Source of the DNA: Deinococcales bacterium
GTDB taxonomy: Bacteria; Deinococcota; Deinococci; Deinococcales; JAAFIG01
Direction of reading: 5' to 3'
Assembly: GCA_043778225.1 (NCBI GenBank)
Contig: JAYWGM010000056.1
Location: forward strand, 1 to 64,000
Length of the DNA: 64,000 bases
The stretch's first letter is position 1, and every line of letters begins with the position of its first letter. Made by a program: the position numbers and the translations under genes. The notes under the pieces were generated by a model. It was not told the origin of the DNA and did no database searches. It saw nothing but the letters and a program-made list of their open reading frames with translations. Shown piece after piece: positions 47,070-57,108 of this stretch.

Positions 47070-49325
47070 ATGCTGAGCGTTTGTTTAATCGGTCTACCTC
47101 AGTTTTTTTATGCCGAACAAGCCCTGAATGTCAAGGGTAAGCCAGCTACATTGTTGGCGTTGATTGCGGCACATCATCCGACTGGTTTAAGTCGCGCCCA
47201 AGCCGAGCGCTATTTATGGGGGCGCGAAGCTGCTCAGAATTTACGTCAAGCAATTTATAGTTTGCGTCAATTGCCTTTTGCGAACGATTGGCTGCTGGTT
47301 TCAGATAAGTTGCTTTTGCAAAATATAACCTTGATTAGCTCAGAAACAGACCTTGAATTGATGCAGGGTATGGAAAGTTTACTCAGCGATGAAGGACTTG
47401 AGTGGCTGAGTATCCAACGCGAAAAAAAGCGTTTAGAACGCCGCAGTCACCTCCTACAAACTGCCCTACAAAGCCAAGGTCAAGCTCAGATTCAACTGCT
47501 TGAGGAGTTATTGCAACTTGACCCACTGCATGAAAGTGCAGTTCAGTTATTGATTTCGGCTTATTTGCAAAATCGGGCTCGAGTCAAAGCGATTGAGGTA
47601 TTTGAGCGTTTCAAAACAGTTTTACGAACCGAACTGAATGGCTCACCACTGGCAGCTACAGTCGCCCTGCTCGAGACGGGTAGATTGGCTATCCCAGACT
47701 TTGAGCGTTTTAAGCGAGCTTATGCCGTGGTTGGTGTTTTGGATACAGCTTTAATCGCTAAACTACTTGAACGTGACGAATTAGAAGTGGCTGAGGTTTT
47801 GACTGGCTTTGAATTGCCCAACTTGGAAAAAGTACGCTCCGAAACCCCACAGGCGATTTGGCAACTGTTGAACCGCCGTGCTGCACTAGCCTTAGCCGAT
47901 TCAGCAGAAAGAGCCGCTAGGCACTGGCTTGAGGCAGGGGAGACCACTCAAGCAGCCACGGCTTGGCTGGATTTTGCCGAGCAGCGTTTTGGTACAGATT
48001 TAGGTCAGTCTTTGGCGCTGAGTCAAAAAGTGCTTGGACTCGAGACCAACATCACTTTGCAGCTTCGGTCATATTTGCTTCAACAGCGTATCTTTGAAAT
48101 TCAAGCCAATTGGCAGGCTTTAGAGGCTTTGGTTGGTCAATTATTTACCTTGGCGCGGACAAGTCAAGACGACAATGTTGAATTTGCTGCCTATCAAGTA
48201 CAGGCTTCTTGGCTGCTGCGAACAGGTCAAGCCCAAACTGCCCTAGAAGTAAGTTTAGATGCGACTCGAGCCGCCAAACGCTTAAACGACCCTGTAAAAC
48301 TCGAGCAGGTAAGTTTACTGCAAGGCACTGCTTATTTGCAGCTTGGGAATTTCCCAGAAGCCAAAAAACTGCTCGGTTCATTGGTTCAGGCTACAGCCCC
48401 AACAACCCGTTTATCGGCTTGCTCCAATTTGGGGGCTATCGAGGGGTTCAGTAACAATTTAGAAAGCGCCCTTGATTATTTTGAACAAGCCTTGCAACTG
48501 GCGCGGCAAACCCAAAACTTAGCGATTTCGGCACGGGTGGTACAAAACATCGCCACGACTGCCGAAAAACTCGAGCGCTTTGAACGTGCCAAGACTGGTT
48601 GGCGCGAAGCCATTGGGATTGCTGAGCAAATATCCGATTCACACAGCTTGGGTGTGGCATATGCCAATTTAGCCCTGACCCACTTTAAGGCTGGGCAAGT
48701 CGGTTTAGCCATGAACACTGCCCTCGAGACCCTAGAAATTCAACCACTCAGTCCAGCCGCTCGGTTTACTGCCCTGAACACCCAAGCGGCGGTGTGGCGC
48801 TATCTCGCCGATGAACAAGCAGCCCTAGGGTTGTACCAATCGGCTTTAGAACTTGCCCAAAGTCAAGAAAATGCCCGTTGGATTGCCGATACCGAGTGTA
48901 ACTTGGCATTTATGGCGTGGTTAGCCAACCCAGCCCTCGAGCCAGCGTTTTTAGCCAGCTTAGAAGCCCCCGCCACCGCCAATGTGATTGAAGAAATGAA
49001 ACTCGAGTACGGGCTGTACAGCCATAACCCAATTCAGATTCGGGCGTTGTTGCCCAAACCCCTCGAGCGTCCGAGGCGGCGTTTAATCCACGCCATTGTT
49101 GAAGTGCGCCTAGCCATCCTCGAGCAAACAAGCACCGATGCAGATTTAGAAGCCCTGCTGAAGGCTGAGCCATTCCTAGAAACCCGTTTTGGTTGGTTGG
49201 TGCTTGCCCAATGGCTCGAGCAGCAAGGTCTGGATAGCCGTCAAGCCAAGGGTGCAGCCCGCCGAGTTTTTGCACAGCAATGCCAAGGTTTACCGCGTTC
49301 CATAACTGCATTGACGCTCGATTGA
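47070..49325 (+). CDS. SARP-like activator: winged helix plus BTAD plus TPR array
   Basis: SRAQAERYLW...NLRQAIYSLR; LLQLDPLHESAVQLLI; multiple TPRs. Confidence 0.82.
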   Translation: MLSVCLIGLPQFFYAEQALNVKGKPATLLALIAAHHPTGLSRAQAERYLWGREAAQNLRQAIYSLRQLPFANDWLLVSDKLLLQNITLISSETDLELMQGMESLLSDEGLEWLSIQREKKRLERRSHLLQTALQSQGQAQIQLLEELLQLDPLHESAVQLLISAYLQNRARVKAIEVFERFKTVLRTELNGSPLAATVALLETGRLAIPDFERFKRAYAVVGVLDTALIAKLLERDELEVAEVLTGFELPNLEKVRSETPQAIWQLLNRRAALALADSAERAARHWLEAGETTQAATAWLDFAEQRFGTDLGQSLALSQKVLGLETNITLQLRSYLLQQRIFEIQANWQALEALVGQLFTLARTSQDDNVEFAAYQVQASWLLRTGQAQTALEVSLDATRAAKRLNDPVKLEQVSLLQGTAYLQLGNFPEAKKLLGSLVQATAPTTRLSACSNLGAIEGFSNNLESALDYFEQALQLARQTQNLAISARVVQNIATTAEKLERFERAKTGWREAIGIAEQISDSHSLGVAYANLALTHFKAGQVGLAMNTALETLEIQPLSPAARFTALNTQAAVWRYLADEQAALGLYQSALELAQSQENARWIADTECNLAFMAWLANPALEPAFLASLEAPATANVIEEMKLEYGLYSHNPIQIRALLPKPLERPRRRLIHAIVEVRLAILEQTSTDADLEALLKAEPFLETRFGWLVLAQWLEQQGLDSRQAKGAARRVFAQQCQGLPRSITALTLD

Positions 49326-49343
49326 CGCGACCCATTGCACAAT
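49310..49343 (+). promoter_or_regulatory. Candidate SARP-type activator box and -10 element
   Basis: ATTGACGC at 49310 and 49321 (11-bp period), then CACAAT-N6-ATG. Confidence 0.55.
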
Positions 49344-49349
49344 AACCCC

Positions 49350-49532
49350 ATGTACACCCGCGACGAAAGTACCTATATTTTGCGTCTTTGGTCAGATGGC
49401 GGAACGTACCGCGTGCAACTCGAGGATTTACGCAACCACGAAAAACAATTGTTTTTGGATGTGCGTGAATTCGAGGTTTTTCTCGAGGAGCGCGTGGCTT
49501 GGCAAGTCAAAAAGGAAAAGGTGGAGATATGA
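49350..49532 (+). CDS. Small protein with a YILRLW motif
   Basis: TYILRLW...VQLEDLR..EKQLF; ATGA overlap with the next gene. Confidence 0.7.
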   Translation: MYTRDESTYILRLWSDGGTYRVQLEDLRNHEKQLFLDVREFEVFLEERVAWQVKKEKVEI

Positions 49533-50719
49533 AAAAAGAACTTTGTGGCGTGGTGATTGGTGTGGGACTGACTCTGGGCGCTCTGGCTTTGGCGCAAAGT
49601 GTGCAACGCACCCTGAATGTGCTGGTCAATGGGCAAGTAAACGCAGACAAAGCGATTGTGGTGAACAACACCAGTTATGTACCAGCTCGGGTGTTGCGAA
49701 ATTTTGGTGTGACAGTCACGGCACAAGGCAATAATTTACTCCTGAATGGCATGGGTGGCTCGAGTCCGAGCGGTGCTGCAAGTAATCCTGTCTCGAGCAA
49801 TGCTGGTGCGGCTGGCACAACCCAGTTGGCTGGCTCGAGTGGACAACTGAACACCGCCTACACCATTGGTAAGAATACGCCAATAAACTTTAACTTGACT
49901 GCGGCAAGCTATAGCCTCGAGCCAGTCAGTATTCAAAATGAAGTTTACTCGGCAAATCAAAACCAGAAACTCTTGGTGCTGCGTTTTGTGGTGCAGAACC
50001 CCGCGCCAAGGGACTTGCTAGTCAGTTGGCGTAGCCTGAACATCACGGCGGTGGATGATAAAGATGTCAATCATAAATTCGAGGCGTATTGGGCGCGAAC
50101 AGGTGAGGTTGCCGATTATGCCGCCAATCTCAAACCCTCACAGCGCGTGGATTTGACCACGGCTTGGGCAGTTCCAGCCAATGTACGAATTGTGAAGTTA
50201 CTCATCGAAGGCGAAGCCAATGCGCCTATTTTGCGTTACGACCTGAGTGGTAAAATTGCGCCTTTGGCAGCACCATACAGCACCGACGGTTTTACTGCCC
50301 TGCCAGAAGTTGCAGCCCAAATCGGACAGAGTTATATCCTTAAAAATTTCTCGGCTCGAGTCGAACAAATTGCCTTCAGCAACGCCCAAATCGAAGGGCG
50401 TACCCCAGAAGCGGGTAAACGGTTTTTGGTTGCCACCATCAGCCTTAAAAACCTCAGTAAAAACCAAGGCTTACGGGTAGACCGCAACACCATTTTGGCG
50501 GGATTGCTCGATGCCGATGGCGGAACTCGAGGCAACGACAATTATTTGGTGCGACCATCCAACGGCGAGTTTTTTGAAGCCCCCGAAGTGCGCCCCAGTG
50601 CAGAGGTACGTTTTAATGCCTATTACGAAGTCGAGAACAGCTTGGGCTTAAAAACTTTCACCCTGCGCGAAGGCGAAAGCGGACGGGTATTTGCCTATAA
50701 CCTAAGCGACTTGCGTTAA
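49529..50719 (+). CDS. Secreted protein with two DUF4352-like beta-sandwich domains
   Basis: Signal peptide (ALA-Q); N-terminal SYVPARVL module; duplicated K.LV....V.N....L pattern. Confidence 0.65.
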   Translation: MKKELCGVVIGVGLTLGALALAQSVQRTLNVLVNGQVNADKAIVVNNTSYVPARVLRNFGVTVTAQGNNLLLNGMGGSSPSGAASNPVSSNAGAAGTTQLAGSSGQLNTAYTIGKNTPINFNLTAASYSLEPVSIQNEVYSANQNQKLLVLRFVVQNPAPRDLLVSWRSLNITAVDDKDVNHKFEAYWARTGEVADYAANLKPSQRVDLTTAWAVPANVRIVKLLIEGEANAPILRYDLSGKIAPLAAPYSTDGFTALPEVAAQIGQSYILKNFSARVEQIAFSNAQIEGRTPEAGKRFLVATISLKNLSKNQGLRVDRNTILAGLLDADGGTRGNDNYLVRPSNGEFFEAPEVRPSAEVRFNAYYEVENSLGLKTFTLREGESGRVFAYNLSDLR

Positions 50720-50776
50720 TTGAAATGATGCTGTTCTCGGGTTTTACGGCTCGAGGTGCTGGGTTTTGGAGGAACA

Positions 50777-53434
50777 ATGAAAATTTTACTGATGCTGACT
50801 TGGTTTCTTTTTGGTGGTTTGGCTTATGCCCAAAACCTCTGCCAAACTTGGGCAGTTCCTAGCACCCAAGTCGCACCCTTTTCGGGTTTGGTCTTCTCGA
50901 GCAACGCCAAAATCAAAGCCGTAGAAGCCTTTATCAACAACACTTGGCAACTCTTACCCAGCCAGAACATTGCACCCGATAAACTCGAGTGGCTTGTACC
51001 AATGGCAGACCCAGACCGTGGTGGACAAATCAAAGTACGGGCATTGGTCTCGAGCCAAACCAACCCTACCCAAGCCCAAGTGCAAATCTGCCCCGAAAAA
51101 AGCCTGACGGTGGCTGCCCTACCCGCAGTCGGTGCAACAAATTCGCTTTCTAAAATCCAAGCGGTGTGGCAAAAAAACCTCCAAACCCTCAAAACTAGTT
51201 TGGGCGCATTTGGCGAATACACCCTGCCCGAAACCATCGAAAATGGTGTTCTCGAGCAATTTCCAGTGCCTGTGCAACCGATCATTCTGCTCGAGTTGCT
51301 ACTGAGAAGTAAAAATAATCTTCAGGCTTTAGCCGAGGGCAGCGCCCCAGTCTTGGGTGGTTTAAGTCGTGAGCAAAAAACCTTGTTTGCTCGTGTGCTG
51401 CAAGCCCTGCCAGTCTCGAGTCCAGCCCCGCTTAAACTCAGTCCGCCCAGACCGCTTTTTACCATTTCAAACAATAAAAAATCCTTGCCAGAGCTTGAGC
51501 ATATTTTGTTCAAAAAGTCTCAGAATTTATCATCGTTGGTTGGTTGTACCGAAAGCACCATGATCGCTTCGCAGCTTCGGGATTGTTTGAACTGGCAGCA
51601 AGAAATCAGCAGTTGGAACGATGCCGAAAGCGCCTATAAAAATGATGCCTACAAAGTTTTAGGAGCAATGTCATTGGCTGGAATGGTGATTCCACCACTC
51701 GAGGTGGCTGCAACGGTTGCGGGCTTGGCGGTTTATTTGCATCAACTGACCATCGAGGCAATGGATGGCTTATTCCCCTCGAGTTTAGAACCCTTAAAAG
51801 TTAATATGCCACCACGGGCTTTATTTGAAGATGTTGAAAATGCGCCATCAGGACTACTGCCGTTGCGCTGGCAAGACGAAGTAGAAGTGGTTGCCAAAAC
51901 CAAAGGCTATAAACTTAATGCCCTAGCGATTGGTGATGGTTTACTCAACAGTATTGGGTATACCAAGGTTATCATTGGGGCAAGCAAATCAGCCCGAATT
52001 TTTGGTCGAGAACTTGGTAAGACTGAATTAGCACAAGATATTGGCGATATTGGTGCTGAAGCAATCAAAGCAGTGCTTGCCGAAGCTGGCTTAAACCAGA
52101 GTATCCAAGATGCCTTACCGGGTTTTGATACCCCCGCTAGAACCATCACCGCTGCTTTAATACGACCAGAATCGCTGGATGTTTTTGTCCAACCCGCCGA
52201 TGGGACGTTTGTGGTCAGACCTCAAGAATCTGGTGTGGATTACTTTGGTTTACGTGACCGTGACCGCCGCAATTTTAGTTTGACCTTTGAGTCCGAAGAA
52301 AAAAATAATTACTTTCCAAACGGTTTGGTGGCTCGAGCCAAACTTGATTTAAGCGTACCCAAACTGGCTTTGCGTTTTACGTCTCGAGATAAAGTCAAGC
52401 CCGGTGAAACTGTGAATATCGGTGTGACCATCGAGAATGCCTACTTAAAACGCGCTATATTTGACCAACCAAGAATTGGTGATATTAAGGCATTAAACGG
52501 TGATGGAACATCTTTTACCTATACAGCCCCAAAAGATGTTGTCATACCGAAAGGACAGACAAGCATCGTGGTTCAACTGACTTTCCGTCATAGCACACGC
52601 CGCGATATTACAGGTACGTTGCTGATGCGAATCGAAGCTACCCCAAGAATTGTGCTTTCGCCCGGTGGTGGCTGTTTGACCAGCGAGGGTAAGCGCCAAC
52701 TGAAAGCCCAAGTCTTTGATTTGCAAAATCCCAAACTCACATGGCAGGTGCTTTCTGGGACAGGTTCAATTTCGCAGTCTGGCTTGTACACAGCCATCAA
52801 AAATCCTCCTGTCCAGGAAGTGGTTATCGAAGCCAAAGCCACTGGCACGGCGGGTGAAACAGTACGCACAGTCACGCAAACCTTGCGTCTTACGGTGGGC
52901 AAATGCACTTGCTTTGCCGAATTTAGTACACCGGACGGACGATTTACGGGCAGAACCATGTATTTTGACAAAAGTGGCAGCACCTTGCGTATTGCTGGTC
53001 CGATTGTGATGTTCACCCCACAAAGTGTGGTCAATCAAAGTATCACCAATGCAGTACAACAATCGATTATTTTTGGTGCAACCTTGCAAGGTGGACAGGT
53101 CAGTTCAGAAAGTATTGTGGTGTTTAATAATCTTAAATACAACTGGAATGGCGCTCAGTTGCTGCGCTCAATGGTTGCCGATTCTCGAGACGGCGCAGAT
53201 GTGCGGTACACCATCAGCAAACAAACCCCAGACCGACTCGAGGGCAGTCTAAGCGGTAATTGGGTATCAAAAGATTTTGACCGCGTAGAAAAATGGCGTG
53301 AAAATCGGGTTGGCGGGACAGTTGAAGTCTGGGGTAAGGTTTTTGCACGACTTGACTTTATTGCTGTTCGCGGTGCATTGGTGGCTGGAGGAATAACTGT
53401 TGGTACAAAGGATGTTGGTAAATGTCTCAAGTAG
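50777..53434 (+). CDS. Large secreted protein with an Ig-like domain
   Basis: Signal peptide (AYA-Q), GGAGG RBS, LTWQVLSGTGSISQSGLYTA motif, internal hydrophobic hairpin. Confidence 0.7.
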   Translation: MKILLMLTWFLFGGLAYAQNLCQTWAVPSTQVAPFSGLVFSSNAKIKAVEAFINNTWQLLPSQNIAPDKLEWLVPMADPDRGGQIKVRALVSSQTNPTQAQVQICPEKSLTVAALPAVGATNSLSKIQAVWQKNLQTLKTSLGAFGEYTLPETIENGVLEQFPVPVQPIILLELLLRSKNNLQALAEGSAPVLGGLSREQKTLFARVLQALPVSSPAPLKLSPPRPLFTISNNKKSLPELEHILFKKSQNLSSLVGCTESTMIASQLRDCLNWQQEISSWNDAESAYKNDAYKVLGAMSLAGMVIPPLEVAATVAGLAVYLHQLTIEAMDGLFPSSLEPLKVNMPPRALFEDVENAPSGLLPLRWQDEVEVVAKTKGYKLNALAIGDGLLNSIGYTKVIIGASKSARIFGRELGKTELAQDIGDIGAEAIKAVLAEAGLNQSIQDALPGFDTPARTITAALIRPESLDVFVQPADGTFVVRPQESGVDYFGLRDRDRRNFSLTFESEEKNNYFPNGLVARAKLDLSVPKLALRFTSRDKVKPGETVNIGVTIENAYLKRAIFDQPRIGDIKALNGDGTSFTYTAPKDVVIPKGQTSIVVQLTFRHSTRRDITGTLLMRIEATPRIVLSPGGGCLTSEGKRQLKAQVFDLQNPKLTWQVLSGTGSISQSGLYTAIKNPPVQEVVIEAKATGTAGETVRTVTQTLRLTVGKCTCFAEFSTPDGRFTGRTMYFDKSGSTLRIAGPIVMFTPQSVVNQSITNAVQQSIIFGATLQGGQVSSESIVVFNNLKYNWNGAQLLRSMVADSRDGADVRYTISKQTPDRLEGSLSGNWVSKDFDRVEKWRENRVGGTVEVWGKVFARLDFIAVRGALVAGGITVGTKDVGKCLK

Positions 53435-53895
53435 CTCGTACCTTGTTGTTTGTTTGTGTTTGCCTTGGTGCGGCAATGGCTGCACCTCTACTCGGCTCGA
53501 GCAGCGATTTTTCAAATACGGCTTTTTGTAAAACCTATCAGTGCCAGCGCATCGCCCAAGATGTGGTTGTTTCTGGTTTAATCGAAGACAGGTACAAGCT
53601 AAACGCCGACCCTAGCCGTGGCATTTTGCCTGTGCTGGTGGTTTACACGCAAAACAACCGACTCAAGGGGGTCAGTTTTGAATATGGTACGAATATTCAA
53701 AACTGGCTTGCCGATGGTGACAGCCTTAATCAAATGCTGCGAGATTTAGCCCTCGAGGTGCTAGGAGTGCGTTGGGATGCTACACAAATCCTTAATCCAA
53801 AACAAGTAATCCACGCCAGAAAGCGGCTTTTGGGGGATGTTGAATTAATTCCCGCAAGGGCTCAGGTTGCAAATTCAAAGCCTCTAAATCCGTAA
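53422..53895 (+). CDS. Secreted hypothetical protein (3' end overlaps the convergent NUDIX gene)
   Basis: Signal peptide (AMA-A), FCKTYQC. Confidence 0.55.
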   Translation: MSQVARTLLFVCVCLGAAMAAPLLGSSSDFSNTAFCKTYQCQRIAQDVVVSGLIEDRYKLNADPSRGILPVLVVYTQNNRLKGVSFEYGTNIQNWLADGDSLNQMLRDLALEVLGVRWDATQILNPKQVIHARKRLLGDVELIPARAQVANSKPLNP

Positions 53896-54223
53896 TATCC
53901 GCCCAGAAGAACTCGAGATGCGCCTCTCTCGAGTTCACATTTGTGTCGGCTAGGCTCGCTTCAAACAAATGATTGATTTCAAAATGCACAGTGTCACCCA
54001 GTTTCAAAGTTGCCTCTACTGCCCCAAGGTAACGCCCAATGGTCGCAGTGCAACCCAGTTCTTCCAACAGTTCTCGAGCAATTGCAATTGGCACAGACTC
54101 ACCGATTTCGACGTGACCACCAGGTAGAAAAGTGTGATTCGCACCAATGGCTCGAGCCAGTAAGACTTTATTTCCCAGCCTAATAACTGCCCGCCCCAGA
54201 AGATGAAAACGCTGATTTACCAC
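53792..54223 (-). CDS. NUDIX hydrolase
   Basis: LPGGHVEIGESVPIAIARELLEELG Nudix box. Confidence 0.9.
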   Translation of the reverse strand: MVNQRFHLLGRAVIRLGNKVLLARAIGANHTFLPGGHVEIGESVPIAIARELLEELGCTATIGRYLGAVEATLKLGDTVHFEINHLFEASLADTNVNSREAHLEFFWADITDLEALNLQPEPLRELIQHPPKAAFWRGLLVLD

Positions 54224-54609
54224 AAAACCTTAACATCAATCGAATCTTCAAAAGCCTGGTCAGCACTTATTAAAATTAATCCTTCAACCTTGGCTTGTGC
54301 ATAAATTGCTCGATCAAAAGGGTCACCCTGCGGTAATTGCACACTTGAAGTTTCAAGTCCATGCTGTAAAGAAAACGGTAAGTCTCGAGCGCCAATTTTT
54401 TGTAAATGCGAATCAAATTGCGGAAGAATATGAACCGCTTCTGGCATCTTTCCGATACGGTATTTCATGGCGATTTCCCAAGCCGTAATACTCGAAACAA
54501 GTAATTCAGCATCAGGATTATCGAGAACGCGACGAACCACCGATGATAATTTTTTTGGTTCACGAATGACCCAAATAAAAACATGGGTATCCAAAAGGTA
54601 TGATTTCAT
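54217..54609 (-). CDS. vapC: VapC family PIN toxin
   Basis: LLDTHVFIW, SSITAWEIAMK, DPFDR..AQA, ISAD. Confidence 0.92.
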   Translation of the reverse strand: MKSYLLDTHVFIWVIREPKKLSSVVRRVLDNPDAELLVSSITAWEIAMKYRIGKMPEAVHILPQFDSHLQKIGARDLPFSLQHGLETSSVQLPQGDPFDRAIYAQAKVEGLILISADQAFEDSIDVKVLW

Positions 54610-54839
54610 TTGAACATCTCAAAATCCATTTGCTCCATGCAGCGCTGGTCAAAATCTGGTTCAAGTGGAAAGTCTAAGAAACCCAATTCACGTTTTCTTG
54701 GTTTGTTCTCGAGCGGTAAGAATCGAATTAAGGGTTTTCCGCGCCTGGCTAAAATAATCTGTTCGCCGTTCAAAGCACGGTCTATCAGTTGTGAGAGCTG
54801 CGTTTTGGCTTCGTAGACATTGACTGTTATGGTTTCCAT
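54606..54839 (-). CDS. Phd/YefM family antitoxin
   Basis: VNVYEAKTQLSQLI...GE.IILARRGKP. Confidence 0.92.
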   Translation of the reverse strand: METITVNVYEAKTQLSQLIDRALNGEQIILARRGKPLIRFLPLENKPRKRELGFLDFPLEPDFDQRCMEQMDFEMFK

Positions 54840-54870
54840 AGTAGACCAAGTTTAGCATAGTAGACCAAGT
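54837..54870. promoter_or_regulatory. 15-bp direct repeat over the TA promoter and start; probable operator
   Basis: CATAGTAGACCAAGT at 54837 and 54856. Confidence 0.6.
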
Positions 54871-54964
54871 AATTCCTATCCTAAAGCAAATAAAGCTGCC
54901 TGTACTGTCTTTTGGCTTCAGGTATCGCCCTAAATTCCTTAAACTCGAGAATAAACGACCCTTG

Positions 54965-54988
54965 TTATTGAGAATCAATTATCAGTAA
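54965..54988. promoter_or_regulatory. Fur-family (probably Zur) operator palindrome
   Basis: TTATTGAGAAT-CA-ATTATCAGTAA overlapping the -10 TAAGAT of the COG0523 gene. Confidence 0.75.
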
Positions 54989-54998
54989 GATGCGCCAG

Positions 54999-56192
54999 AT
55001 GAATACTGCTCCTTTACCCGTAATCGTGTTATCTGGCTTTCTTGGCAGTGGCAAAACCACGCTCCTCAATCATATTTTGGCAAACCGTGAAGGCAAACGG
55101 GTGGCAGTGATTGTCAATGATATGTCCGAAGTCAACATAGACGCGCAAATTGTGCAAAACGAAGCCCATTTATCCAGAACCGAAGAAAAGCTAATCGAAA
55201 TGAGTAACGGCTGTATCTGCTGCACCCTGCGCGAAGACCTGCTACTCGAGGTTGGAAAACTGGCTAAGGAAGGGCGTTTTGATTATGTGATTATCGAATC
55301 CACGGGTATTTCCGAGCCGCTACCGGTTGCCGAAACCTTTACTTTTGAAGATGAAAACGGACAGAGCCTAAACAGCATTGCGCGGCTTGATACGATGGTC
55401 ACAGTCGTGGATGGGTACAACTGGCTGCGCGACTGGGATGCTGCCCAGAGCCTACGCGAACGCGGCGAAACGGCAGGCGAAGGCGATGAGCGCACCGTTA
55501 CTGATTTACTGGTCGAGCAAGTTGAATTTGCCAATGTGCTGCTCTTAAACAAAACCGATTTGTGTACGGTTGAAGAAATCTCGAGACTCGAGGGGATACT
55601 GCATCATCTCAATCCAGTGGCTAAAATTATTCACTCGAGCTTTGGCAAAGTTGCCTTAGATAAGGTGCTGGGAACTGGTTTATTTGATTTTGACCAAGCC
55701 AGTCAAAATGCAGGTTGGTTGCGTGAAGCAAGGGGCGAACACACCCCAGAAACCGAGGAGTATGGCATCTCGAGTTTTGTGTACCGTTCGCGTAAACCAT
55801 TTCACCCCGAACGTTTTCATAAAGCCTTGCAAGGAAATTTTGTAGGCGTGGTACGTTCCAAAGGGCATTTTTGGCTGGCTTCACGCATGGAATACGCGGG
55901 TTCATGGGCGCAAGCTGGGCGCGTAGCACGGTTTGATATGGCGGGTTTTTGGTGGGCAGCCGTGGATAAATCGCAACGCTCCGACGATCCAGAATTCTTG
56001 GGGTATCTCGAGGATATTTGGGCAGAACTTTATGGCGACCGCCGCCAAGAAATTGTCTTTATTGGCGTAAAAATGGACAAAGCCCTGATTGAAAACCAGT
56101 TAAATGCTGCGCTGCTGACCGATTCGGAAATGCTCGAGCCTGAAAAATGGGAATTTTACGCTGACCCATTTCCAATTTGGGGCAACGAATGA
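54999..56192 (+). CDS. COG0523 (CobW/ZigA-like) zinc metallochaperone GTPase
   Basis: [29 protein letters not shown], CobW C-terminal RSKG.FW...QEIVFIG. Confidence 0.93.
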   Translation: MNTAPLPVIVLSGFLGSGKTTLLNHILANREGKRVAVIVNDMSEVNIDAQIVQNEAHLSRTEEKLIEMSNGCICCTLREDLLLEVGKLAKEGRFDYVIIESTGISEPLPVAETFTFEDENGQSLNSIARLDTMVTVVDGYNWLRDWDAAQSLRERGETAGEGDERTVTDLLVEQVEFANVLLLNKTDLCTVEEISRLEGILHHLNPVAKIIHSSFGKVALDKVLGTGLFDFDQASQNAGWLREARGEHTPETEEYGISSFVYRSRKPFHPERFHKALQGNFVGVVRSKGHFWLASRMEYAGSWAQAGRVARFDMAGFWWAAVDKSQRSDDPEFLGYLEDIWAELYGDRRQEIVFIGVKMDKALIENQLNAALLTDSEMLEPEKWEFYADPFPIWGNE

Positions 56193-57034
56193 AACGATGG
56201 CTATACTTACTGGCAATAGTGTTGTGTTTTGCCAGCGCCCAAAATAAACCCAAAACCGTGCTGGTCAGTTTTCTGCCACTTCTCGAGAGTGCCGAGCGAA
56301 TTGCTGGGAATCGGCTCGAGGTGCGGATGTTGCTACCGGCTGGTGCAAGTCCGCATACTTTCGACCCAACGCCAAAGGATGTTTTAACGGTGCGTAATGC
56401 CGATTTACTGCTGGCTAATGGCTACGGCATTGATGCGTGGTTCGAGCGTTTATGGCGGGCGGGTGGGCAGCAAGCCCGTTTGATTAAACTGGCAGAGAAA
56501 GCCGAATTTCTTAGAATTGGAGAACCCGGACGGATAGATGCCCATGTCTGGCTCGATGCCAGCATCATGGCGAGTATGGCTCGAGAAATCGGTCAAGCCT
56601 ACGCACTTTTTGACCCACCAAATGCCAATTTGTACCGTCTGGCAGCCGAACTCGAGCAGCAACGTTTACTGGCACTGCACCAAGAAATAAAATTGTCGCT
56701 CGAGCCAATTAAAAATGCTGGGCTGGTGGTTTTTCATAATGCTTGGAATTATTTTGTGCGGGCGTATGGGCTGCGGGTTGCCGCAGTTGTGCGGGTTCAA
56801 GCCGAACGCGACCCGAGTGCTAAGGAAATTGCCGAGATTGTGCGCCTGATGCGCCGTGAGAATATCAAAGCGATTTTTGTTGAACCGCAATTATCAGACC
56901 GCGTGGCTCGAGTGGTCGCCGCCGAGGTTGGTGCAAAGGTTTTTGTACTTGACCCCGAAGGCTCGAGTTTAGCTAAGGATTACACGGGTTTGATGCGTTA
57001 CAACGCAGCCGCTCTACTCAAAGCCTTGCGTTAA
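56189..57034 (+). CDS. Metal ABC transporter substrate-binding protein (ZnuA-like)
   Basis: [28 protein letters not shown]. Confidence 0.9.
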   Translation: MKRWLYLLAIVLCFASAQNKPKTVLVSFLPLLESAERIAGNRLEVRMLLPAGASPHTFDPTPKDVLTVRNADLLLANGYGIDAWFERLWRAGGQQARLIKLAEKAEFLRIGEPGRIDAHVWLDASIMASMAREIGQAYALFDPPNANLYRLAAELEQQRLLALHQEIKLSLEPIKNAGLVVFHNAWNYFVRAYGLRVAAVVRVQAERDPSAKEIAEIVRLMRRENIKAIFVEPQLSDRVARVVAAEVGAKVFVLDPEGSSLAKDYTGLMRYNAAALLKALR

Positions 57035-57054
57035 AAATTTGGCTTGCAAAATGC

Positions 57055-57078
57055 TTATTGATAATGTATTCTCAATAA
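57055..57078. promoter_or_regulatory. Second Zur-like operator palindrome overlapping a promoter
   Basis: TTATTGATAAT-GT-ATTCTCAATAA; TTGCAA(57044)-N17-TATTCT(57067). Confidence 0.78.
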
Positions 57079-57108
57079 GCAAAACTGATAGCCCAAGGAG
57101 AACCACCC

